Source: an uncultured virus (IMG/VR IMGVR_UViG_3300012665_000499)
Lineage: Duplodnaviria > Heunggongvirae > Uroviricota > Caudoviricetes
Reading direction: 5' to 3' (one strand)
IMG/VR virus record: IMGVR_UViG_3300012665_000499
DNA: 64,000 nucleotides
The notes beneath the pieces were generated by a model that saw only the letters and a list, made by a program, of their open reading frames with translations, was not told the DNA's origin and searched no databases. Shown one piece after another: positions 48,238-56,000 of this stretch. The position numbers and the translations under genes are program-made. Each line of letters starts with the position of its first letter. The stretch's first letter is position 1.

Positions 48238-49383
48238 TCATTCTCCTAAGTTAATAGTCACACCGTATGGTGCTTTAAGGTCAGTCGTCAACGCCCACAT
48301 AGTCGGGCAGTCGCTACGCCCCCAGTCGCCTACATACCCATCGCTGAACTGGATGATGGCTTGGGGATGGATGTTCTTCTCACGCAGGTAGTCAAACAAC
48401 ACCGCACCATTGGTACCCCCACCCCCCTTGGGCTTGAGGTCTTGGATAGCAAACTGCCCATCCTCGAATGTCTGATGACCTACCACATCGGTGTCCCAAT
48501 ACACCACATGCACTTTGCTTGGCTTGACATCCTCAATCACTCGAGTAGTCTCCGATGCAAACAGCGTCATCTCATGGCTGCCAAACACCGAGCCTGATGT
48601 GTCGAACCCGATGACCAACTCGGTCATAGTCATACCCAACATAGTCGGCATGTAAATGTCCTCACTCAGGAACCTACGATTAGGTCTAGCCCACGATGAT
48701 TCATCACGCCCCGCACAGGTCTCTTGGATGAAGTCACGCAACACTTTGCGCCAGTCCACCTTGGGAGAGAGCAGGTCACCGAACGCACCATCCTCACCCC
48801 CCGAACCATTTGCGCTACGCTTCTTACGCATAATCTCGCCTTGTCGCAGGGCACGACCAATCTCGTTCTCCATCTCTTGCTCGGTAGGTGTGCGCCCATC
48901 GCCATCCCAGTCATGCTCATCGGTACCTTCCTCACCGCCATCCTCATCCTCTTGCTCGAGGTCGGTATAGATTTGCAGTACTGACCAACCCTTGTACTTA
49001 GGCTTAGGTTTAATACCAACCTTGGGCATCTTGACAAAGCCCTCACCCGCATCGGTATCGTGCAGTACGCCATTGACAAAGTAGTCAGCAGCCACATTCG
49101 CAAGTCGAGCGTTTGATTTGTGCAACTCTTTCCATACAGTCAGGTGTCGGTATGCTTTGTGTGTCGCCTCATGCAATACAAGGAAACGCAACTCGGCATC
49201 GTCTGCCATGTTCTCTTCGATGAACTTGGGGTTGTACATGACATTCCACCCATCGGTACAGGCGGTTGGTACATCCTCAGTCACAGTCACTTTGCCACAC
49301 GCTAGCACCCCTGCAAATACGCAGAACTTTTTGTGCTGCATCACAGCGATGTGGGCTTTCTTGATACGGTCGGCTACATTCAT
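48238..49383 (-). CDS. Metallopeptidase-VWA protein (DUF2201-like)
   Basis: PTACTDG, LHEATH (HExxH), DTSGS MIDAS, GGGGT, FSDG. Confidence 0.85.
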   Translation of the reverse strand: MNVADRIKKAHIAVMQHKKFCVFAGVLACGKVTVTEDVPTACTDGWNVMYNPKFIEENMADDAELRFLVLHEATHKAYRHLTVWKELHKSNARLANVAADYFVNGVLHDTDAGEGFVKMPKVGIKPKPKYKGWSVLQIYTDLEQEDEDGGEEGTDEHDWDGDGRTPTEQEMENEIGRALRQGEIMRKKRSANGSGGEDGAFGDLLSPKVDWRKVLRDFIQETCAGRDESSWARPNRRFLSEDIYMPTMLGMTMTELVIGFDTSGSVFGSHEMTLFASETTRVIEDVKPSKVHVVYWDTDVVGHQTFEDGQFAIQDLKPKGGGGTNGAVLFDYLREKNIHPQAIIQFSDGYVGDWGRSDCPTMWALTTDLKAPYGVTINLGE

Positions 49384-49469
49384 AGTGGTCTCCATGCGAA
49401 TAAATCAAAGGCTAAAACGATAACGGCTAAAACATATACCGTTATAAGTATTTGTGTAATGGGTCTCAT
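49380..49469 (-). CDS. Very small membrane peptide (29 aa)
   Basis: MRPITQILITVYVLAVIVLAFDLFAWRPL; ATGA overlaps at both ends. Confidence 0.5.
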   Translation of the reverse strand: MRPITQILITVYVLAVIVLAFDLFAWRPL

Positions 49470-49609
49470 GATGTCCCCTTCGCTTCGGCTTGTTGCCTGC
49501 GATACACAAAGTCGGGTAACTTGGGCACACCCAGTGCTTTCTGCGGATGCCAAGTTTTATGTAGACGGACGATGGTGCGCCCGTTTGAAGTGCGTTCAGT
49601 AATCAACAT
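49466..49609 (-). CDS. Small protein (47 aa)
   Basis: Preceded by the shared leader AAGGACTTCTATC; MLITERTSNGRTIVRLH. Confidence 0.5.
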   Translation of the reverse strand: MLITERTSNGRTIVRLHKTWHPQKALGVPKLPDFVYRRQQAEAKGTS

Positions 49610-49620
49610 GATAGAAGTCC

Positions 49621-50682
49621 TTAGAAGAATTTGCCGAGTTTGGCTGCGGCTGCGGTGAACTTGCGGTTCTTACACGCCATGCCCACCTTGGCTTTGTTGG
49701 TAGCCACGGACATAACGAACAGGCTGTATGCCTCGAACGATTCCACACCCATGCGGTCGGCGTACTCCATCACCGCATCCATAGTCGTCTCGGTCACACG
49801 CCCCGCCAACATGAAGGCAAGAATGAACAGCGCACCTGCACCATCAGGCACCTTGGCTTTATCGGGTGACTTAACGATGGTCTCGAACATGGGCAACTGG
49901 TCAGCGAGATTAACCAACGCATCCATCTGCCGAGCAGCCGCTTCACCTACTGTACCCGCCAATGCAGGGAGGGTCGCCGCACCCAGTACATCACGCTGAC
50001 TCACGATGTGACCTGCCTTAGTAAGTGAGCGAAGGGAACAGTACGCCTTGGTGTTGCCAGTCAAGGGATTGAAGATGTAGGGGTTCTTAACCTTGGGGTC
50101 GAGGTCGGTGTAGCAGTCGAATACCTCGGGGGTCTGCTTGCCGAACACAATCACCTCGGGTGCTACGCCATTGTTGGTAGCCCACGGCAGCCATTCCTCA
50201 AAGGTCGGGTTACTTATGTCCACCACAGTCATACGATTGAACGCATGGGCAGGGATGTTGTCACCCACGCCATCGGTGTCGAGGTTGGTAGTGCCGAACA
50301 CAATGCTGCCCTTGGGCAGGGGTACATCCCCAATGCGATGCTCCAAGATTACAGGCAGCAGCATATTCATCACAGGTCGGCTCGCCTTACCCAACTCATC
50401 GAGCATGAGTACGACAGGCTTTGTTTGGTCACGCCCCACACCGAACCGAGTATTCGGTGCATACGATGTGGTCATGTTGTCTCGGTCGATGACAGGCATA
50501 CCCAAGTCACCGAGGTCGAGGTTGGCTACATCTATGTAGCAGATATGGTAGTCAGGGAGATTCTCACGCATCACCTCAAGGATGCTTGACTTACCGATGC
50601 CGGGCTGACCACGCAGCAAGATTGTGTTGGTGGTGCCAATTGTGCAGACCATGTTGGCTGCTTGAGAGAGAGTTACATTCAT
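49621..50682 (-). CDS. MoxR-like AAA+ ATPase
   Basis: GQPGIGKS Walker A, LMLDE Walker B, TTN sensor, FNR arginine finger. Confidence 0.88.
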   Translation of the reverse strand: MNVTLSQAANMVCTIGTTNTILLRGQPGIGKSSILEVMRENLPDYHICYIDVANLDLGDLGMPVIDRDNMTTSYAPNTRFGVGRDQTKPVVLMLDELGKASRPVMNMLLPVILEHRIGDVPLPKGSIVFGTTNLDTDGVGDNIPAHAFNRMTVVDISNPTFEEWLPWATNNGVAPEVIVFGKQTPEVFDCYTDLDPKVKNPYIFNPLTGNTKAYCSLRSLTKAGHIVSQRDVLGAATLPALAGTVGEAAARQMDALVNLADQLPMFETIVKSPDKAKVPDGAGALFILAFMLAGRVTETTMDAVMEYADRMGVESFEAYSLFVMSVATNKAKVGMACKNRKFTAAAAKLGKFF

Positions 50683-50736
50683 GATAAAAGCCTTGTATTA
50701 AATATAAAGAAAGAGAAAGTTATAACAGGTATAAGT

Positions 50737-51486
50737 TTAGAGTTGGTCTGTGTGGGTCACCTCCGTTGCTATTGTGTCGTACATGGCGCGTTTGTATTCC
50801 TTCATGATGCGTGACCACGCACCCTTGGCATCGTCTCGCTCCACCCATATCCATTTGTGTCCTGCAACATTGTCCCACTTGCCCTTCTGCTCGACCTTGG
50901 CTTTCTGCACAACAGCCGACCAATGGTCAGCGTCATCAGGGTCAGTCAGGTCAGGGGTATTCCTAAACCCAGCAATAAAACTCACAGCCTCAAGGGGAGC
51001 CGTTGCGTACAACAAAGGAAACATATCCTTGAATCCCGAGGTCTTGATACCCTCCATGAATTCCTTGCTCTCAGCCTTGTTGATACGCCGTGCTTCAAAG
51101 GTTCGGGGTTTGGTCAGCAGGTTGCCCAACGCATCGAATGTGATGCCATCGTAGTATGCGTACCCATTGCATGTCGTCTGACTTATACCCATTATAACTT
51201 TGTTGTATATGCTGAGCCGATGCGGGATAAATTTACGGGCTGCGATTCCCAGTTGGGTCTTGGTGGTCATCGAGTTCACCCACCCATTGCAATGCACAGT
51301 CAGTTTGCCATCGGGGTACACCCTGAAAATATCGCTATGGTGAAACACCACAGCCACATGGTCGCCTCGGTCGGCTACCCTGAATTGGCATTTGCTGCGT
51401 CTGTCTACTGGTGCATCACCTTTGTAGTGCCCCTTTGAGTAGGCATGGATGCGAATGTGTTCTTTGATTTTGTCGTACGAGTTCAT
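50737..51486 (-). CDS. Hypothetical early protein
   Basis: 249 aa; AAGGA RBS; GW..S.TTK motif. Confidence 0.7.
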   Translation of the reverse strand: MNSYDKIKEHIRIHAYSKGHYKGDAPVDRRSKCQFRVADRGDHVAVVFHHSDIFRVYPDGKLTVHCNGWVNSMTTKTQLGIAARKFIPHRLSIYNKVIMGISQTTCNGYAYYDGITFDALGNLLTKPRTFEARRINKAESKEFMEGIKTSGFKDMFPLLYATAPLEAVSFIAGFRNTPDLTDPDDADHWSAVVQKAKVEQKGKWDNVAGHKWIWVERDDAKGAWSRIMKEYKRAMYDTIATEVTHTDQL

Positions 51487-51514
51487 GATAGAAATCCTTA
51501 AAAAGTTATACCGG

Positions 51515-51787
51515 TTATAAGTTTGTTGCGTTTTCTGTAAAGTCGGTCTCTTGCAATGGGGGCAACTCCATCGCCTTATTCATCATTGCCCACACATCCT
51601 TCAAAGACTCCATGTCCTCTGAGCCTGTGCATGGTGAGCCGTACCCAGTCGGCTTGTTGTCCTTGCCGTAACACACTTCCTGTAAGCAGTACCAGTCTTC
51701 ACCGCCATTCTCTGACTTGGTATTTACAATGCGGTAGTTCCATGTGAACCCGCCGTCATCATTTAGTTCGTTTAGTTCATCAGTCAT
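51515..51787 (-). CDS. Small conserved phage protein
   Basis: TWNYRIV...L.EV.Y. Confidence 0.65.
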   Translation of the reverse strand: MTDELNELNDDGGFTWNYRIVNTKSENGGEDWYCLQEVCYGKDNKPTGYGSPCTGSEDMESLKDVWAMMNKAMELPPLQETDFTENATNL

Positions 51788-51788
51788 A

Positions 51789-51998
51789 TCATGTCCTCTT
51801 TGGGTTAAGTTGTTTCAACATCTCAGGGTCGGTGAAGAGCATGTAGTTGCTCTTGTTCATAGGTGCAATCGTGTGCTTGACACGCTGCGCCAGTCTCTCC
51901 CCACACTCAGCACAGGTGGGGCGTAGTGCCTTGGCTCTCTGTGGTTCTACCCTTACTGCGTAGCAGCAGGTACAGATTGGTAGGTATCGCTCGTTCAT
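51789..51998 (-). CDS. Small Zn-finger protein
   Basis: CTCC...CAECG; PMNKSNY. Confidence 0.65.
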   Translation of the reverse strand: MNERYLPICTCCYAVRVEPQRAKALRPTCAECGERLAQRVKHTIAPMNKSNYMLFTDPEMLKQLNPKRT

Positions 51999-52177
51999 TG
52001 CACATCCTCCACTTGTTTGACATTGATGATGTCCGAACTACCCAAGCCGTAGTTCACAGGGTTGAACTTCTGCCAAGCGAGTAACTCGGCTTCCTTGCGG
52101 TTCTCCGCTTCCACAAACACAATCGTCACTTCAACACGCTCAATGGTTACTTCGTACGAGTTCATATATTTCTCCAA
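51995..52177 (-). CDS. Small hypothetical protein
   Basis: VEAEN..EAE..A; likely true start ATG 52165. Confidence 0.55.
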   Translation of the reverse strand: MEKYMNSYEVTIERVEVTIVFVEAENRKEAELLAWQKFNPVNYGLGSSDIINVKQVEDVQ

Positions 52178-52196
52178 AAGTTATAACAGGTATAAG

Positions 52197-52490
52197 TTAG
52201 TTCGACTCATACCCAAGGGCGGCTAATACTTCTAGCCGTTTCGCTGCCAAGGTGAACGCTTCCGCTATCGCCCTAGCCAACTCGAGGGGGGTATATCCTG
52301 CGTTTGTACCCCCTGCACCATACGAGAAACTTACTCGTGGTTTGCCTGTGTAGTCAAAGTCCACACCAACTCGGCAAATACCACTGGTCGCCCAATGTGT
52401 GTCCGAGTGATACTGGTAGGTCATCTGTCCCACCACCTTGCCATCTTTGATGTAGGTGTAGTCGTCTGTCTTTTCGTATACATGTGCCAT
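52197..52490 (-). CDS. Hypothetical early protein
   Basis: Shared 17-nt leader; ends at a palindrome. Confidence 0.6.
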   Translation of the reverse strand: MAHVYEKTDDYTYIKDGKVVGQMTYQYHSDTHWATSGICRVGVDFDYTGKPRVSFSYGAGGTNAGYTPLELARAIAEAFTLAAKRLEVLAALGYESN

Positions 52491-52501
52491 GATAGAAATC
52501 C

Positions 52502-52717
52502 TTACTTAAAGTCGATTGCGAATTCGTTGCCGTTAAAACTTGCCTCTATGTTGCAGTACAGCATTTGTTTCAGTTGCTCTACCACGCGGTCAATGTCCCG
52601 CGCCTGATACCCATCGTCCCCACGGACAAACAAAGTACCGTTGCAGAAATACGCACAGTCAGCGATGACGGCGTTGAGGTCTTCTAACTTGTCCAAAACA
52701 ATTTTCTCTAGTCCCAT
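52502..52717 (-). CDS. Small hypothetical early protein
   Basis: GGAG RBS; F.NGTLFV...GNEFAIDF. Confidence 0.6.
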   Translation of the reverse strand: MGLEKIVLDKLEDLNAVIADCAYFCNGTLFVRGDDGYQARDIDRVVEQLKQMLYCNIEASFNGNEFAIDFK

Positions 52718-52757
52718 TTTCATTCTCCGGTTATGGAAGTTATACCAGTTATAACTT

Positions 52758-53234
52758 ACCGCAGAGGGCACGGAAATGCCCAATGCGCTAAGCCCTCTTT
52801 TAGTGAGGACTGTCGCCCTGCTATACATAGCAGTGGACTACGATAGGGCTTGTCGTTCACACATATTCCCCCGAGGGGGTTTGCGTTCCTAACACGGCAT
52901 CAACGGCGGTCGCTACGCGCCATAATCTCCGTGCATTAGCGGGTCTAGGTCATTACCCTAGATACCCACGCCCAGTTAAGTAGTATCGGTTTGATTTGCA
53001 TGATGCTGTAACCACATCATGTCAGGACTACACCTAACGCCTATTCGCCAAGGGAGGGTTCTCATGTCTGCTTATGGGTGTGCCGTGGTAGCCTCGGTGG
53101 GGTCTGGCATAAATGCTACTGCTACTGAGTAGTCATCGACCTTCACCTAATCTACCGCGTGTCCTCTTGTTGTCAGCGCAATTCATCCTATTGGTTTCTG
53201 CATTGTTGCAGCGGCGGTTTCATGGGGGGCTTGA
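52758..53234 (-). ncRNA. Candidate large structured non-coding RNA (unclassified)
   Basis: No credible ORF; seven local hairpins plus nested long-range helices; G-U pairs valid only on the - strand; downstream of promoter + boxA. Confidence 0.55.
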
Positions 53235-53289
53235 AAGTTATACTGGTATAACTTATGGTTAGATATAATCAAACCCCTTGAGTACAGAT

Positions 53290-53301
53290 TGTTAAAGAGC
53301 G
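53290..53301 (-). promoter_or_regulatory. boxA antitermination element
   Basis: CGCTCTTTAACA on the - strand, ~60 nt after the predicted start site. Confidence 0.8.
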
Positions 53302-53366
53302 ATGCCCCCATAGGTGTAGGTGGTAGGCGGTACAGTTCAGAGCGATATCTCAACTGACTAGCCATC

Positions 53367-53395
53367 AGTATAGCAGGTATAGGGGGGCTTGTCAA
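53367..53395 (-). promoter_or_regulatory. Strong sigma70 early promoter
   Basis: TTGACA-N17-TATACT. Confidence 0.85.
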
Positions 53396-53410
53396 GCCCC
53401 TTTTGGAGAG

Positions 53411-53692
53411 TTATACCGGGTATAACTTCTTAGCCTTAGCGATGATTTGGTGAACCCTGATTTCGGATAGGTTGTACGCCTTGGCTACATTGGCACGGGT
53501 TTCGTGCTTCTGCAACACACGCTCCACAATCTCCGCATCTCGTTTGGCTAGGTCGGGTTTCATGTATTCAGGTTTGCGTTTCACCCATGCCATCAGGGCA
53601 GCCGCAGCAGCCATGTGCAGGTCTTTGGATTCGTGGGAGTTGGTGAGCGCGTCCGCGAAAGTGTCAGGTAGTTCAAGTGATAGTTTTTGCAT
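53411..53692 (-). CDS. Small HTH DNA-binding protein
   Basis: RDAEIV......TRANVAKAYNLSEIRVHQII; the upstream in-frame extension runs through iterons and is unlikely. Confidence 0.65.
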   Translation of the reverse strand: MQKLSLELPDTFADALTNSHESKDLHMAAAAALMAWVKRKPEYMKPDLAKRDAEIVERVLQKHETRANVAKAYNLSEIRVHQIIAKAKKLYPV

Positions 53693-53740
53693 AGTTATAC
53701 CGGTATAAGTTGAGGGAGTTGTAGTATATATCATATTTCT

Positions 53741-54087
53741 TGTTACGGGTGTTACGAGGGTAAAAAGGGTGCTGTAACGCTGGAGGGCGCATGGATGCTC
53801 ATTTGTTACGCTGTTACAGATGTTACAGGGTTTTTGGGGTGTTTCCGGAAAAACACGAATGTATGAACGCCAATCCAAAATATTTCGTGATACCGACTAT
53901 ACCTGCGCCCAAAAACCGATATTTGGATTCGAGAGCCAAAAAGCCTGTAACAGCGTAACATACACTAAAAATAAAAAAATATAATATATATACTCTCTCT
54001 AACTCATTGATTTCATTAGCTTTTTTATTTTGGATTTTGCCTTTGCTTTGTTACAGGCAAATTGTAACAGCCTGTAACACCTGTAAC
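53741..54087. repeat. Iteron-like TGTTAC/TGTAAC cluster with AT-rich core (putative origin)
   Basis: About 12 GTTAC/GTAAC copies flanking AT-rich 53960-54040. Confidence 0.6.
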
Positions 54088-54284
54088 ATATACCGGTATA
54101 AGTTTGCCGAAAATGATAGTCGTGCCGCGCTGCGATGCCTCGAAGTTATACTGGGTATATGTTTGCCGTGTCTGTCAAGGCGGCGTTGGTTCGGTGGCTC
54201 GACTCTCCCTCTCCCGTTCGAGCCCACGCGCGCACGCTCTCCCGCTCGGTCGTGCTACTATCACCAGCCCCAAAATTGGGGCGC

Positions 54285-54308
54285 AAAAAAACCCCGCCGA
54301 GGCGGGGT
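54285..54308 (-). terminator. Rho-independent terminator
   Basis: ACCCCGCC/GGCGGGGT stem plus T6 on the - strand. Confidence 0.8.
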
Positions 54309-54326
54309 AGTTATACCGGTATAGGT

Positions 54327-54512
54327 TTATGCGGTTCGTTCCGCGATTTCTTCCAAAATTATTTCGGCCCAAATTTCAGCGGCCATCAGGGTATTGCAGG
54401 CTTCAACTTCGGCCGTGGTGGCTTCCATCAAAATTTCGGCCAATTCATCGATGTTCAAAATTTGGCCATGTTGGCACAATCCATCGATATCGCATTTTGC
54501 TACAAAGTACAT
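54327..54512 (-). CDS. Small acidic early protein
   Basis: AAAGGAG RBS; Glu-rich. Confidence 0.6.
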   Translation of the reverse strand: MYFVAKCDIDGLCQHGQILNIDELAEILMEATTAEVEACNTLMAAEIWAEIILEEIAERTA

Positions 54513-54533
54513 TTTAATTTCTCCTTTAGATTT

Positions 54534-54559
54534 AACCCTAGGCGTTTCCGCCTAGGGTT
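54534..54559. terminator. 11-bp hairpin (GAAA loop on -, T-run on +)
   Basis: AACCCTAGGCG-TTTC-CGCCTAGGGTT. Confidence 0.55.
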
Positions 54560-54566
54560 TTTGGTT

Positions 54567-55142
54567 TTACTTCGCTTCGGTAAACTTAGGGTTTACTTCG
54601 ACAATCAAATCCAACAAGGCCGCGGCCGTTTCGTTTTTCTGCAAAACCCGTGCGATGGCCAGGGTTTTAATCAACGCGCTTTCCAGCGTTTCGATTGTCG
54701 TGGTTTTCGCGCTGGCCTTTTCTACCGCTACGCCATCGGCTTCGGCCGCGGCCTTTTCCGCGGCCTTGATTTTGCGCGCCATCGGGTCAAAGGCTTTTCC
54801 CTCTTCGTAGCAAAGCCAGTAACTAGATGCGTACATTGTGGCCGTGTTTTTCTTCATCAAGCCATCGGCCGCAAATCCCGCGAACATATCCGCAATGTCG
54901 CGCTTGGCTTGATTATTCACCGCGGTACCGGCCAAGAATACGGCCATTTTGGTTTTCTGCGCGGCACGCATAGAATCCATCACCATTTGCACGCCATCGT
55001 TGCGCGCTTGAACCGCATCGGCCGCGGCTTTGTCCAAGCCTTGGATTTTGTCCGCCATGGTTGACCATACTTTGCCCAATACCGCGGGAGAAAAGGTAGC
55101 GGGAGACAATGCGCCAGTGGCGCTTTCATTAAACGATGTCAT
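54567..55142 (-). CDS. First early gene, Ala-rich helical protein
   Basis: GGAG RBS and own promoter. Confidence 0.7.
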   Translation of the reverse strand: MTSFNESATGALSPATFSPAVLGKVWSTMADKIQGLDKAAADAVQARNDGVQMVMDSMRAAQKTKMAVFLAGTAVNNQAKRDIADMFAGFAADGLMKKNTATMYASSYWLCYEEGKAFDPMARKIKAAEKAAAEADGVAVEKASAKTTTIETLESALIKTLAIARVLQKNETAAALLDLIVEVNPKFTEAK

Positions 55143-55192
55143 AAGATACTCCAGTTTATCGGGTCATTGAAATAATGCTTGCCGATGACTGA

Positions 55193-55221
55193 ATTCTACA
55201 TGGTTGGTTAGAATTAAGCAA
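55193..55221 (-). promoter_or_regulatory. Sigma70 early promoter
   Basis: TTGCTT-N17-TAGAAT; palindrome copy directly upstream of the -35. Confidence 0.6.
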
Positions 55222-55454
55222 GCATTTTATACCGGTATAACTTACCCCACCCCGCCCCCACCAAGCCTTTGTGGCTATGGGACTCCGCCCGTCCCGCTAC
55301 GCTGGGCGCGACATTAACGAACACAACCACAATAAAAAGTATAGCTCCTATACCCCCACCCCCCTCAATACAGAGACCCCCCGGGTACCAAAATAAAACA
55401 CACCTCGAAAAAAATACTATACAATCCGCCCAACTTAGGCTGCACAACTTCGCC

Positions 55455-56000
55455 ATGTACCCTGTCTCTATAGATACTGATGTTCCGCTTGCTGAATTCG
55501 CCCCGACTTTCGAGTCCCTAGATACCCGTGTGGCTGCTGCTCTCGCCTCGCTTGTAGATACCGACTCACTGCCGAACGAAATCTCCGACGAGAACATGAA
55601 TACGTCCCGGGCTATTTTTACCGGGCAACAACTTGCGTCTGATATAGACTTGGCCAAGCCAGAGGTCATCGCTCACCTTGGAGCGCTCCTGCAAGAATAC
55701 GACCACATCGTAGTTAAGTCTGCTGCGCAGCTACGTACATATATAACCAACAAGCTCATTTTGGATTCCGCCAATGCAGACCCACGGGTTCGTCTGAAGT
55801 CACTTGAGATGCTGGGCAAGATCAGCGACGTTGGGTTGTTTACAGACAAGACCGAGATTACGATGCGCCACCGGCCCACGGAAGAGTTGGAGCAGTTGCT
55901 GCGCGAGCGCCTCACCCGGGTAGTCGAAGCAGAAGCCGCCACCCCCTACCAGCCCACCCAGAAAGTTAGCTTAGATATTACAGAGGTGGTTGGCCGGTGA
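55455..56000 (+). CDS. terS: Putative terminase small subunit
   Basis: Directly upstream of terL with GTGA overlap; RLKSLEMLGK...GLF. Confidence 0.55.
   Translation: MYPVSIDTDVPLAEFAPTFESLDTRVAAALASLVDTDSLPNEISDENMNTSRAIFTGQQLASDIDLAKPEVIAHLGALLQEYDHIVVKSAAQLRTYITNKLILDSANADPRVRLKSLEMLGKISDVGLFTDKTEITMRHRPTEELEQLLRERLTRVVEAEAATPYQPTQKVSLDITEVVGR

Larger units (their letters stand above)
46787..55243. repeat. Dispersed palindromic motif family, 14 copies, core TTATA-N4/5-TATAA
   Basis: Copies at 46787, 49431, 50717, 51180, 51503, 52178, 52737, 53235, 53408, 53692, 54085, 54143, 54308, 55224; 46787-46806 AACTTATACCGGTATAAGTT is a perfect palindrome. Confidence 0.9.

Noticed and set aside
52758..53234. 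tRNA, tmRNA, RNase P or self-splicing intron identity for the structured region
   Set aside because: No T-loop/acceptor ends or recognisable catalytic cores by eye, and it does not interrupt a gene; a covariance search is still needed
53183..53395. 70-aa - strand ORF
   Set aside because: Starts on the TTG of the -35 box and crosses the promoter and boxA; no RBS
54135..55064. 309-aa + strand ORF
   Set aside because: Antisense shadow of two - strand genes that have promoter, RBS and terminator; Arg/Phe-rich, non-protein-like
46787..55243. CRISPR array made of the palindromic repeats
   Set aside because: Spacing is irregular (tens of bp to kb) with genes in between, and there is no cas operon. 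The Cas4-like gene is a standard phage replication nuclease.
55269..55454. N-terminal extension of terS given in the ORF track
   Set aside because: Runs through low-complexity C-runs with a non-ATG start; ATG 55455 preferred, though no strong RBS was seen there
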